In this document: positions 23,384 through 35,701 of the stretch, piece by piece | How positions within the stretch are numbered: the stretch's first letter is position 1 | Layout of the letters: the number at the start of each line of letters is the position of its first letter | Program-made: the position numbers and the translations under genes | The notes under the pieces: model-generated | Told to the model about the DNA's origin: nothing | Database searches by the model: none | What the model saw: only the letters and a program-made list of their open reading frames with translations | From: Azolla caroliniana | Taxonomy: Eukaryota; Plantae; Polypodiophyta | Length of the DNA stretch: 64,000 nucleotides | Reading direction: 5' to 3' | NCBI GenBank assembly: GCA_043228905.1 | Contig: JBHGNT010000009.1 | Span: 12,648,001 to 12,712,000, forward strand

Positions 23384-26300
23384 GGGAGCTTCCACTCCGG
23401 CCCGAGCCGTCAAAACGCAACCAAATGCAGATATTGCGGAAAGCTCGGCCACCACGAAGAAGAGTGCCGAAAGAAGATGCGTGAATCGGCTTCCACAAGA
23501 CGACAACTCACGAATTACGCACACAACTCCAACTACGAAGATCGTGGCGGAATGTATGCACCCAACTCCGACCGTAGCGAAATGTACGGGCACAACTCCG
23601 ACTACGAAGATTGTGGCGGAATGTATGCGCACAACTCCGACCGTGGCGGAATGTTCATGATGAAACATAGAGCAAACTCTATGTCGGCCGCTACCTCAAC
23701 CGGTGCCTCCAGTCCGGAAGACGTATGGTTCGTCGATTTCGGTGCCTCGAACCATATGAAATCGCATCAAAAATGGATCCGAGAACTTCGAGAGCCGGAC
23801 CGACCCGGCTATGTCGAAACCGGAGACGACACTACGCACCCGATTCGGCACATTGGCAATGTCCCGTTCAGAAAAGAAGGTAAGCAAAATTACATTAAAA
23901 ATGTCTTGCATGTACATACCATTACGAAGAATTTGGTCTCCTCCAGCCAAATTGTAGAGCAAGGGATGCAAGTTCGATTTAATCAAGGCGGTTGCTTCAT
24001 AGAAAAAGAGGGCCGACTCATCGCACGCGGATGAAGAGAGGGCCGGATGTTCATTCTCGATTCACGCGAGATGAAATCTGCCATGTTCGCGAAAAACACG
24101 AAAGCCGACTCCAACATAAAGCTATGGCACAAGCGAATCGGCCACATCAATCTCAACAAACTCAAAGCAATGAAATTGAAAGGAGTCTTCATCGGACTCC
24201 TGACATTCAAAGAGAAGGAGATTGAAGGTGTATGCGAAGCGTGCCAATTCGTCAAGCAACACCGACACCCATTCCCAAAAGAGCGGAACGTGAGCAAAGG
24301 TCTACTCGATGTAGTCCATTCCGACGTATGGGGACCGGCACAGACGGCTACATTCGGCGGATGCTGATATTACGTGCTCTTCATCGACGACTTCTCTAGG
24401 CACACTTGGATCTACCTGATGCGGCAAAAGAGCGAAGTGTTCGGACACTTCCAAAATTTCAAGAATAAAGTCGACAAAGCCACGGGCCGACATGTACGAT
24501 GCCTTCGATCGGATGGCAGCAAGGAGTACTTCTCGGAAAATTTCACGGCATATCTCCGAAACGAAGGAATTCGGCGAGAATTCACTTGCCGACACACTCC
24601 GCAACAAAACGGGGTAGCCAAGCGCAAAAATCGGCACATCCTCGAAGTAGCGCGGGCCATGATGAACAAGAAGCATATGCTCAAGTCATATTGGGCCGAA
24701 GCTGCAAATACGTCTGTCTACCTAATGAACCAGTGCACAACATCCGGCGTGCACGAGGTCACTCCGCACGAAAAATACTTCGAAAAGAAGTCGGACTTAT
24801 CGCACATCCGCATATTCGGAGCGATAGCATACGTGCACATCCCCGACGAAAAGCGTCAAAAACTTGACCCGAAGTCGGAGAAATGTATCCTTGTAGGATA
24901 CTCATTGGAGCAAAAGGGGTACAAGTGCTACAACCCTTCAACCTGAAAATCTCGAGTAAGTCGAGACGTCGTTTTTGACGAGTCCGCATACTGGTACACA
25001 CCAGAGACAACTCCGACTCCGACTCCGCTCGACTCGGAATCTGCCAACCAAGAGATCAAGGATGAAGATCGCCCTACGTGCATGATCGAAGAAAGTCCGA
25101 CCACGACCCGATTGAGCGGACCACAAGAGCCTTTGAGCGATCAAAGCACATCACGGCCTAGCCCGAAGATGGACAAGGGAAGGCGAAAATGGCGGAATAT
25201 GAAGACGATCGCTTCGACGACGATGAATCGACTCACTCACTCGACAGTGAGTTCAGCGGCTTCAATGTACCAATCGGAGCTAAGAAAGCCCTCATCTCTG
25301 CAAATGAAAAGCTCCGCCGATCCACTCGTGAAAAGAACCCCGTAAGCCGATTCGGCTACAACGAGTATATGGTGTACCATTACGCCTTTATGATGAAGGT
25401 AGCGACAGTACGGGAGCCGGAAACCTTTTCGGAAGCCACGAAGGACCCACGATGGATCGAAGCAATGAACGAGGAGATGCAGGCACTACGGAAGAACGAG
25501 ACGTGGGATCTCGTTCCCACCTCACCACACAAAAAGGCGATCGGATGCAGATGGATCTACAAGGTGAAGTATAACGCCGATGGCTCCGTAAACCACTACA
25601 AAGCTCGACTCATAGCAAAAGGATACGCTCAGACGCATGGCGAAGATGACGACGGTACGGACCGTAATTGCGATTGCCGTGGCGAAAGGGTGGCACCTCC
25701 ATCAAATGGACGTCAAGAATTCCTTTCTACAAGGCGAATTAGAAGAGGAGGTGTACATGATCCAACCACCCGGATTCAACTCGAGCACCCATCCGAAAGC
25801 GGTTTGCAGACTCAAGAAGCCACTCTACAGCCTCAAGCAAGCACCGCGTGCTTGGCATTCAAAGATAACGCGATATCTTCATCAAATCGGCTTCCGTATG
25901 TCAAAATCGGATAACTCCCTCTACATACGAAGCGATTCCACAAGTCCGATCTTCATCATCTTATATGTGGATGACCTAGTCATTGGAGGTGAGCATGTCG
26001 TCGAAATCACTAAGGTCAAATCCCTCCTTTCCGACAAGTTCGAGATGACGGACATGAAGGAACTCCACTACTTCCTCGACATCGAGGTAATTCGGACTCC
26101 GGCTGGAATCATGATCTCTCAACGGCACTACATCCTCAACTTGTTATACAAGTTCGGCATGGCTGAGTGCAAATCCATGGCAACCCTGCTCGATCGTAAT
26201 CTCAAACTAGATGTGAACTTTGGCACCAAAGCGTGTGAGCCGACTCAGTATCGGCAACTTATCGGGAGTCTCATCTACCTCACGATCACTCGACCCGATC

Positions 26301-26950
26301 TCAGTTATCCGGTCGGTCTCCTTAGTCAATTCATGCAAACACCGCGTGATACTCACTTGGATTACGCTAAGTGAGTTCTACGATACGTGAGCGGCACAAT
26401 GGATTGCGGCATCCTCTACAAGACCGCGATGCCAATACGACTCGAGGGGTACACCGACGCCGATTGGGCCGGCTACAAAGCCGATAGAAGATCAACCTTC
26501 GGATTTGTTTTCTCCCTCGGTAGCAGAGCAATATCCTAGAGTGGCAAGAAGCATCCTACCGTCGCTCTTTCGAGTACGGAGGTGGAATATAGGGGCACAA
26601 CCGTAGCTTCATGTGAAGCCGTATGGCTCAAGAGGATTTTGAAGGATCTGGGCGTACCCATCAAGGATCTGACTTCCCTTTACTGCGACAACATGAGCAG
26701 TATCTATCTGGCTCGGAACCCGGTGTTCCACGCGTGGACAAAGCACATCGAAGTGCACTATCACTTCATCCGAGAGCGTGTTCTGGCTGGCGATGTTAAC
26801 CTACAACACATTAGCACCAATCTTCAAACGGCCGACATCTTCACTAAAGCCTTAGGAGCCGACAAGCTGTGGCAATTCATGACCGATCTCGGATTGACGA
26901 TCCCTGACCTGCCAAGCTTGAGGGGGAGTACTGAAGACACTACGCAATAA
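23384..26950 (+). pseudogene. copia B gag end and pol
   Basis: CRYCGKLGH knuckle, WFVDFGASNH, LWHKRIGH, TPQQNGVA, HQMDVKN, ILYVDDL, TKHIEVHYHFIRE; stops and frameshifts. Confidence 0.9.
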
Positions 26951-27211
26951 CATGTAGATTCCGCAACCACGCAACGAAGCAGCGAAGAGCTGATCTACCA
27001 CGCAAATCCGCGAAGAAAGACACAAGCCGAAGCACAGACTTCGCAACTACGCACGCACGCCGAAGCACAGACTTCCTAACTACGCACAACGCAAGCTGGA
27101 GCACGGATTCCGCAACTCCGCATAAAGCGAGTCGACGCGGACTCCAGAACATGAGTTGAATCAGATTTCGGATACCGTCTAAAACCTACCCGACTTGAGC
27201 TTGAGGGGGCG

Positions 27212-27503
27212 TGTTGAGAATCAAGCTCAACTTGGTCTAGTGTGTGAACTCACCTTGAGAGTGAAGACACACTCCAACGGTCAAGAGTCACCATTATGTC
27301 ACCACTTTGTATTCTAGCATTTAGTATGAGTCATAGAATCATATTCTATGACACATAACTTATGAGCTTTCACATTCCCCATGCTCCATGAGTCTCTTAG
27401 TTAATGAAGAGAGAGGGTGACTACATAAAGCACCCTCCTCCCACCTTGTATTATGTTGAGTCTTTCTCCTTTGTCAATATACATTTACCTTGCGTATTCT
27501 CTG

Positions 27504-27546
<43 letters not shown>

Positions 27547-27610
27547 CACACACACACAGAGAGTTCACACCTATTCCGCTTCACAAGAATCCATCTCTTG
27601 ATTCTTTACA
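27212..27610 (+). repeat. 3' LTR of copia B
   Basis: Repeat of 16279-16657 with a longer CT tract. Confidence 0.93.
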
Positions 27611-27860
27611 AAGATATTCAGCCATTATTGAACTTTATTACAATGGCATTAACTTATCAGCACATCCAAACTTAGTTGAATTTCTAATGTTCTCCACTCA
27701 GAGACCTATCATGTTTTTTTATATTTGCAAATTCTAATCAAGTTGTGGAACATGTGATACTAGTGCCTCCAAATTTTGTAGAGAGGGTATATTTGGATAT
27801 TTTAAAGAAGAATCAACAAGTGCAGTGCGTGACCCTTCCACTTGTGAACGTGAATGTGTT

Positions 27861-29058
27861 GGGTGTGGAACAAGGCATCCTCTTGTCTTGCAAAAGAACG
27901 ATGGCTAAGGATAAGACCGATGACTTGAGAGTGGTAAACACCACTTCAAGGGTGGAAGAAGGTTTCAGGATACGAGTGTTCGAAACATCGAGTGAGACAG
28001 GAGTAAACATAATCGATGCTTGCATGATCGAGGGAGATAAAGAGTGAGGCAGATGTGATTGAGGTGGTAGCCACGAAAGATGACATCGAATCGGAGGTGT
28101 CTATGAACGAGTCAATGGCGGATGGTCGTGTCAAAACTTTCCCACCACTAATTCTAGAGACTTCAGTGGTTGCGTTCGAAAGGCAACGTGAGACTGAAGA
28201 GACGGAAGGTGGCGAAGAGAAAACAAAGGTCAAAGCCGATGCATACGACGAAGAGATAGCCGAGAAGGTGGCTATGGGTGAAACAACAAAGGACGGTAAT
28301 ACCAAGGATTCCTGCCCACTTATTCTAGAGACTTCGGCGGTGGTGTCTGAGAACCAATGTGAGACCAGAGAGATAGGAGGTGACAGCAAGGAATGTAATG
28401 TCGGAAGTGGGTTCGAACGGACGATGCAAGCGGAAGTGGATTTGACCAAAATCTTATCGGTCGAGCCCGACCCGGATGGAAATCGTTCTAGCCGGAAGCC
28501 GATTGGACGAAAACGATCTGGAAAGAAGTTAATCCGGCTCAGTCGAAGGTCGAACCGGTTGAGGCCGGTCAACACGAGGAAAAGGAAGCCAACCCAGACC
28601 GAAACTGATCGGTCGAAACCGACCTAGAAGGGGGCCGACTCGGTCGAAACAGATCAACCGAGTCTGATTCGGCCGAATACAAATCCGAACGGAAGCCTAT
28701 CCAACCGAAAGTTGATCGGACTAGACCGATCTGGAAAGAAGTCAAGGTTGATGAAGACAAGGAAGAGGCCAAGCAGGCACACTACCATGGACGATAAGGG
28801 CCAAGCGGATTTGAAAGATGTTACTAACGATGAGATCTCAACAAAGAAGGAAGGCTTTAACGTGAAGAATGTAAACTCTAATGCGAGATTGTATGACGAG
28901 AGAGAATGAAGAATATGGTGGATCGGATGGCGACAATGGTTCGAGTGGAAAGAATGAATGTGCGCAAAATGGAGAGACAAAGTCAAGACAATGGGAGAAA
29001 CTGAGGGTACTACGGATAAAGGAGAATAACAAGGTCCAACAACTTTGGCACATATCGT
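27861..29058 (+). other. Unassigned decayed coding-like sequence, probably TE internal
   Basis: Purine-rich E/K/T-rich reading frames, repeated peptide PLILETS, no recognisable domain. Confidence 0.3.
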
Positions 29059-29848
29059 TGTCGTAGTGTATTTCGTACACTACGTGAAAAAGTAAAAATA
29101 ATATAACCGATTTAATTACATATAAATAAATAAAATAATATATCAAGATATTTATCACGTGCACAGGGCAAGATTCGAACCTTGTACCTCCACGTAGCCA
29201 AACCTCAACTTTACCATTATGCTACCTTATCTTTAGTGTTCTATAAATAGATTTAATAACTATAAGTGCTTTATTTGCGCCTACCTTTATTAAAAAGGTA
29301 AATCATGCATTTTTAGAGTGCGTGAATATTTTATAGAAAAACGCAAGCAACTAAAAAGTGACTCATGCACATCTAGCGTGCATGAGCACTATATTTAGCA
29401 AATAAAAGCAAGGATTAGAAAAGCATCACATGCACATTTAGTGTGCATGAACGTATTAGAAAAAAAAGCATGTAGCTATGCTTAGTCTCTCCCATCACTA
29501 CATAAGGATGGGGAGCACAATGTAATAGGTGTGTGAAATATTTGGAAATTGGATATATTTCCGAAAACACCAACCGATTAATATAATCGTGGGATTCACG
29601 AAAATAATATAATCTATACTTGTGGGATTCACAAGTTTCTTATATCTTTCTTTCAATCTAAATACATATTCTTATCTAAATATTGATTAATCGAATAAAA
29701 TACACTCGTGGGATTCACAAAATTTCTATCTCTCTTTCTAATAATCTATTCATTACTAGCCTCATCTCATATTCTTCTTTCTCCTAGTCCAAAACCTCGG
29801 CGGTTCCCACCCGACTCACGCAACGATCCGGAGCCGAAAGGCACGACA
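29059..29848 (+). mobile_element. Solo-LTR-like element, family X, copy 1
   Basis: TGTCGT..ACGACA termini; similar to 29880-30644 and 58274-59418; TSD not clean. Confidence 0.7.
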
Positions 29849-29879
29849 CCGTAGGATGTGCGGGTTCAGAGGGAGCGAA

Positions 29880-30644
29880 TGTCATAGTGTGGTTCATACA
29901 CTACATGAAAAACGTATAAAGTACCCGATTCAATAAATATGAAGAAAAAGATAAAACTATTAAAATATATATTACATGCATAGGGTAGGAATCAAACCTT
30001 GTACCTCCATGTTAACAACTCCAAGCTTTACCATTGTACGAACATATTATCAGTGTTTAAGTTATAGATTCTAGTTATGCAAAAGTTCATCCCACGTAAA
30101 TATTCTCGATAAGCATGAAAGAAAAGTTATTCATGCATAATAACTCGAGCTAAAAGAAAAAGCATGATAAAGAAAGTTATTCATGTACATCTAGTGTGCA
30201 TGAACATTCGAGTTAAAAAGAAAAAGTATGATAGAAAAAGCTAAGACATCTAGTGTGCATGAACACTCGAGTTAGAGAAAAGGCATCATGTTTGCATCTA
30301 GTAAGATATACTTAGTCTTTCCCATCACTATAGAAGGTTGGGGGAAGCAAATTGTAAGGTTGTTGATTCTTGGGTTTTTTATTACAATCAAAATATTGAT
30401 TAATATAATACTTGTGGGATTCACAAGTTTTGAGCTCTTTTCTCAATCTGCTCTAATTTATTCTAAACTATATCAATTTATTACTATGATTTTAAATATC
30501 AAGTTAATCTAATACAATACACTCATGGGATTCACGAGGTTCTATATCTCTTTCTTACAACCTATTCACATTCCTATTTTGCCTCAAATTCTTCCTCCTA
30601 GTCCACCCGACTCACGCAACGATCCGACGCCAAACGGCGCGACA
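29880..30644 (+). mobile_element. Solo-LTR-like element, family X, copy 2 (diverged)
   Basis: TGTCAT..GCGACA; shares gtgggattcac repeats and the cccgactcacgcaacgatc end. Confidence 0.65.
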
Positions 30645-31975
30645 ACGGGAACAAGTACTCCATTATGAACAGGAGTACAAAAGAAAGATTTACATGTCTT
30701 TATAAAACTCAAAGAATACCCCTTAGAGTTTAAGGCAAGTTCCACTGAATTGTGCCGCTACTCACTCGCGTGCTCTCGCGTCTCTCTCTCCTACTCTCTG
30801 TTACACTCAGTACAGAAGCTCCGTGTGTTGTTCTGCACACACATCATTATGTTTGCCCTAGGTGTATTTATACTCATACACAATATGGGCTATTTACAAA
30901 CAAAGCTTTTACTATTATTATTATTATTAATTTTAGTTAATCAACCGACTAATCGACTCCTATGTCGATTTTTCAATCAGCCCAACTAGTCAACTCCCAT
31001 GTCGGCTATCTAGTCAACCTGACTAGTCGCTCTTCTCCTTGACCTAGAGCATCCATGATGTATAGATCTCTTCGTCTAGCTCCCCATGCAAGAACGTTGT
31101 CTTGACATCCGACTGTTCGATCTCCATATCCATACTAGCAGTTATGCTCAGAACAGTTTGGATGGATGTCATTGTCACAATTGGAGTGAATATCTCGTCA
31201 AAGTCGACATCCTTTTTCTGTTGAAATCCCTTCACCACAATGCGAGCTTTATATTTAGGTGTGTTGTCGACTGAATCTCCAGTTTTCACCTTGTAGACCC
31301 ATTTGTTTATGACTGCCCTCTTCCCTTTTGGCAACTCAAACAGGTCATAGGTGTAATTTGCATGCAAGGAGTCCATCTCATCTTGCATTGCACTCTACCA
31401 TTTCTCTTTGTGCTCATTGGTTATGGCTTCATTATAGCATTCTAGCTCGCCTTCATCAGTCAAAAGGACATATTTATTGGTGTAACATGTGGGTGCTCTC
31501 CTTTCTCTGAGTGGGTATCTCCTGCCTCCCATTGTTAGCTTAGGTTCAGATGTTCCTGCCGACTCTTCATTCGGCTCGAGTTCATACGTGTCGATAGGTT
31601 GCTGAGGGTCAATCGACTCCAACTTGTATTCCTCAATCAACTTCAGTAGGTTAGCAGACTCTGACTCCGACTCATATGTATTTGTTAGTTTCTCCGAGTC
31701 AATTGCCTTGGATTCGGTTGTTCCAGTTGGTTGTCTTCTTATAGCGGACTGTGTCAGTTCGACTAGTCTTGAGTCGGCGGTAGTGGGAGTCGACTGGGAA
31801 GTCGATTCCAACTTCTGTTGCTTCCAATCCTCAATCGTCTTGTCCTCCAAGAAAACTATGTCTCAACTCCTCACTACCTTCTTGTCGAGAAGGTCCCACA
31901 GCTTGTAGCCGAATTCATCCTCTGAGTACCCTAGGAATATGCATGGTTTCGACTTGTTGTCGAGCTTCAACCTCT
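30645..31975 (-). pseudogene. Fragment of another copia (integrase tail to RT start) with an LTR-like remnant
   Basis: KPCIFLGYSEDEFGYKLWD, MQDEMDSL, KWVYKVK, YKARIVVKG, DVKTTFLHG. Confidence 0.8.
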
Positions 31976-33110
31976 AACACGTTCGCGTTCACAAGTGGAA
32001 GGATCACGCATTCCACTTGTAGAATCTTCTTGAAAATATCCAAATATACCCTCTCTACAAAAATTGGATGCACTAGTATCACATGTTCCACAACTTGATT
32101 AGAATTTGCAAATATAAAAATACATGATAGGTCTACAAGTGGAGATCATTAGAAATTCAAATAAGTTTGGATGTGTTGATAAGTTAATGTAGGCATAATA
32201 ACGTTCAACAATGGCTGAATATCTCACTAATGTGCGACATGGGAAACACTAAGTTAAAGACTTATATTAATTTGGTAAGTTTTACAAAAATATGAGGTGT
32301 ACTTGTAACCATACTAATAAAATGAGTTATAATTTATACTTTTACCTATACTCGCATGTATATAATTGTGGGCAATGTAGGATAGTGAACTTTAGGATAA
32401 TGTGATTGCAATAACTGACTTATTAAGGTAGTTAATATTTGTATTTAAAGTTGATCTAATCTATTCCTCAGTTTGTTCGTATGGGATCAAACCATATGTA
32501 TATAATTGTGGACAATGTAAGACAGTGAACTTTAGGATAATGTGGTGGAAATAACAAACCTATTAAGGCTTTCATACTTGTATTTAAAATTGATCTAATC
32601 TATTCCTTAGGTGATTCACACGGGATCAAACTCCGAACGATAACACTAGTGGAACTACAAGCGTATAAAAACATGCGGATAACGCTAGTGGAACCATTAT
32701 CAAGACACTACACAATCTAAGCAGCAATGGAAGAGAAACATAATAGTTTTAACAATAGAAGACAAAGATCCATAATATATGGACTGGTATATTTTAGACA
32801 CGGAATGACAATCTCAATAATTGATCGCAAATAACAACATGGACAATCATGGCAACAATTCTACGAGCATGTTATGTTAAGGTAAAGATTGACCAAAATC
32901 AGCCTTAATTTAAACTAATTCATGTTTCTCCATATTGGTAGTCAACAATGCACGCGGTGAAACCAATGTCATAAGTCTACAAACCAAGTATATAGAAATA
33001 AAATTGAAACATATAGAAGATTATAAAGAATGGAATACACCAAGTAAAACCCAAAATTTGTATTAGTAATGTGAATTCCAAACAATACATTTCGTGAACA
33101 AAAGAGTCTA

Positions 33111-35701
33111 TTACATAGCAATCAAATCGTCAATGTCATTTTCTTCTTCATCCTGTATAGAAGTCTCTTCGGCTATACGTGCATTGTCTTCCCCTGTTAA
33201 CCAAGCCAACTAAATATCTTCTATAAGCTCATCACCAAGCTCTATTAGCTCCCCCGGTTCCCCGGCTAACGGAGGAATAAGGTCTCGGGAAGCAGGTTGA
33301 AACCTTTCGGTATCAACGAGGTTCTTTGCCCCGACCTCCTCGTCCTGGTCTGGGCACTCCCACAAAGCCTTAATCCTCATGCTTATAAATATAACTTGCT
33401 CCTCGTCCTTCTCCAATGCAACTGTGTTTCTGAAGAGCTTCAATGCACATGCAAACGTTGTCCCTACCAAGAAAGCAACAAGAAGAATTAGTTTTCAAAC
33501 AAAAAAGAATCAGTACTGGTTATCTCAAGATCGTTAACCAAGTTCGAGGAATACCTGTGCCAGAAAAGAGGTCTACTATATAATCTCCTTCTATAGAAAA
33601 AATCTTGATCAAGCACATCATAAGTCGCTGAGGTTTTTGGTATGGGTTGACAAGTCCCCGTTCTATCGTGGTGACATGTCGCAATTTCTGTATCACTGTT
33701 GGATATACTAGCAGATTTGAACCTCCAACTTCATTAGAATGCTCCTTGATTCTTTGTTTCTTTATTTCATCGAAGTAGCCAACCGTAATGTATTCAATGG
33801 AATTTATGAACCGAAAGGTTGGCCCTCTATTGACATTGGTTTTTATCCTATAACAAATATTGCATCAAGTTAAGAATAGATTGAACAATCTTAAGAAAGG
33901 CAATATAGTGAATGAGACTTATAAATAATCCTTACCATGCAAGGTTCTCGATGCCATGGCAACGAGATCTCAAAGCTTGAGCTACCGAGTACCCTTGGTC
34001 CATACTATGAAAGACAACTATCCTCCACAAGGATGCAGTCGTTAGCTCAGCAAAATCCTTGACCGTCTTCTCTAACTGTTTGAACCTAAACGGTTCATCG
34101 TCGTATGTTGATCCTACCATTCGAAATCCTTATGGAATATCAGCAACCATTAGCGTATATTCCTTCTTTGGAACTTTTTGGATCACGTCAACGACATCGC
34201 CACAAATCATGTTGTAGTAAAGATCTCTTGTAATATCCTTTTTGTGGCTAAATTTTTTGAAGGAGCCATCTTCCTCAATTTCGTATGCCTTGACTAAGCG
34301 ACGATCCTTTTCTTTTCTGGCTCTCTCGAGATGTGCAAGGAAGGATGTCAAGCAATCATGTATATCCTTAACTTTTCCTTGTTTCTTGCCACGACACGGT
34401 TTCTAATAGAAGCAATAAGACATCAAGTATTATTACACAACCTCTACATATGAGGAAAACTTAATGAAAAACACCAATACTAACCCAATCCTTGAATGCA
34501 ATAAAATACTCGGATAACGCCTTATATGAAGACATTAGAGGATAATCCTCGGTCACTTGTTCCCAAGTTATACATCCAAGTTGTTTTATCATAACTTCTT
34601 GGATCTTCATGTACACCTTATGACTGTGAAATTAGAAAACGAGATTAGAAATTTCAATTGCACCATATTGAATTCAATATCACTATTTGAAAGACTTACT
34701 TATTGAACTCAGTGACCATTTCTTCAAGGCTTAAATCCTTCGCCACAACCCTTGACAAAACAGACACAAGAAGTTGCTCGTCCTTAATACCTTGCATCGC
34801 TCTCCACAAATACAGCTTCATGTCGTCAGCCGTTTCTTCAATTGTCAAATCAATTTTCTTGGCCGCTTGTGATTTTAATTCTAGTTGAGGGTCTACCTTA
34901 CACTTCTTTTGTCGTTGACCCTTGACCTCCTTATTCTCCCACATTGAGAAGATTTGATCTTGTAGGTCCCATACTTCTCCATCTCTAAAGGCAAGTTGAA
35001 ACCAGGACTCATATTTCCGAAGACCATCGAATTTAACATTATCATCCACCACAATGCCGACTTCATGCAAGCATTGACGTCGTAGGCCTAGATGTAGCTT
35101 CACACTGAACTATTGTTTGATGTCCAAGTACTCGTGGTGGAATAACCTTATACGCTCAATCGATGACATTTTCTGCCTATAGTCATTATCATTATTGTGG
35201 TCCCATGCCAACAATTGTGAGGCCCACGTAAATTTTGCACTCGGCATACTTGAAGAAGAAAGTCATTGGATGTTCTCTCACAAGTTGCCGACGTGCCTCC
35301 GCCGAATGCGATCCACCTATTACAAAGTAATTGTATTGATCATGATTTCTTATGTCGAATTCTTCCGTGCTTTCACATTCTTCGAGATCCACCATAACAA
35401 TAAAAGGCACAACTATAGCATGTGGATTAATTTTCATTTTTTTCTTGAGATTTTGAACATGCATTCGGTGTGGCTCTCTAATCTCAAGTGGTCTTCATCC
35501 TATTTTTTCATCTACAGGGGGCCGATGGATATGTGTTATAGGCGAATTAAACACTTGCCCTTTTCTCACCAGTTTACGCTGCATTAACTCTCTTCGTATC
35601 TTATTCTGCTCGGATGACAACACACCCGATGCCAGCTCAGCACCTGGCGTCCCCCTGGCGTCCTCATCTTCGTTTGAGCTTGATGAGTCGGAGTCCGACA
35701 T
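33111..35701 (-). pseudogene. ParB-like domain fused to beta-class N6-adenine/N4-cytosine DNA methyltransferase, 5 coding exons
   Basis: Exons 35701-34700, 34623-34485, 34402-33936, 33847-33555, 33463-33111 with phase-consistent GT-AG introns; YFVIGGSH, ICGDVVDVI, ADIP*G, WIK, NPYQKP, EGDYIVDLFSGTGTT, VALEKD. Confidence 0.82.

Larger units (their letters stand above)
16279..27610 (+). mobile_element. Ty1/copia LTR retrotransposon B, both LTRs present, degenerate, hosts chromovirus copy 1
   Basis: LTRs 16279-16657 and 27212-27610, PBS TGGTATCAGAGC (16658-16669), PPT ttgagggggcg, TSD GAGAT/AAGAT. Confidence 0.93.
14738..27860 (+). mobile_element. Methyltransferase-carrying element, copy A (3' part only, interrupted by copia B)
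   Basis: 14738-16278 plus 27611-27860 is colinear with the reverse complement of 31976-33715; homology stops at the same terminus ...GTGTT. Confidence 0.85.

Noticed and set aside
28055-28627. 190-aa ORF as a host gene
   Set aside because: Low-complexity, no domain, flanked by stops and TE ends; left unassigned.
31976-32020. Canonical Helitron 3' end
   Set aside because: No CTRR terminus after the hairpin and no Rep/helicase sequence in the window; a rolling-circle variant remains only an alternative.
33111-35701. Bacterial contamination as source of the MTase
   Set aside because: The gene has spliceosomal introns, occurs twice, and is interleaved with plant-type LTR elements.
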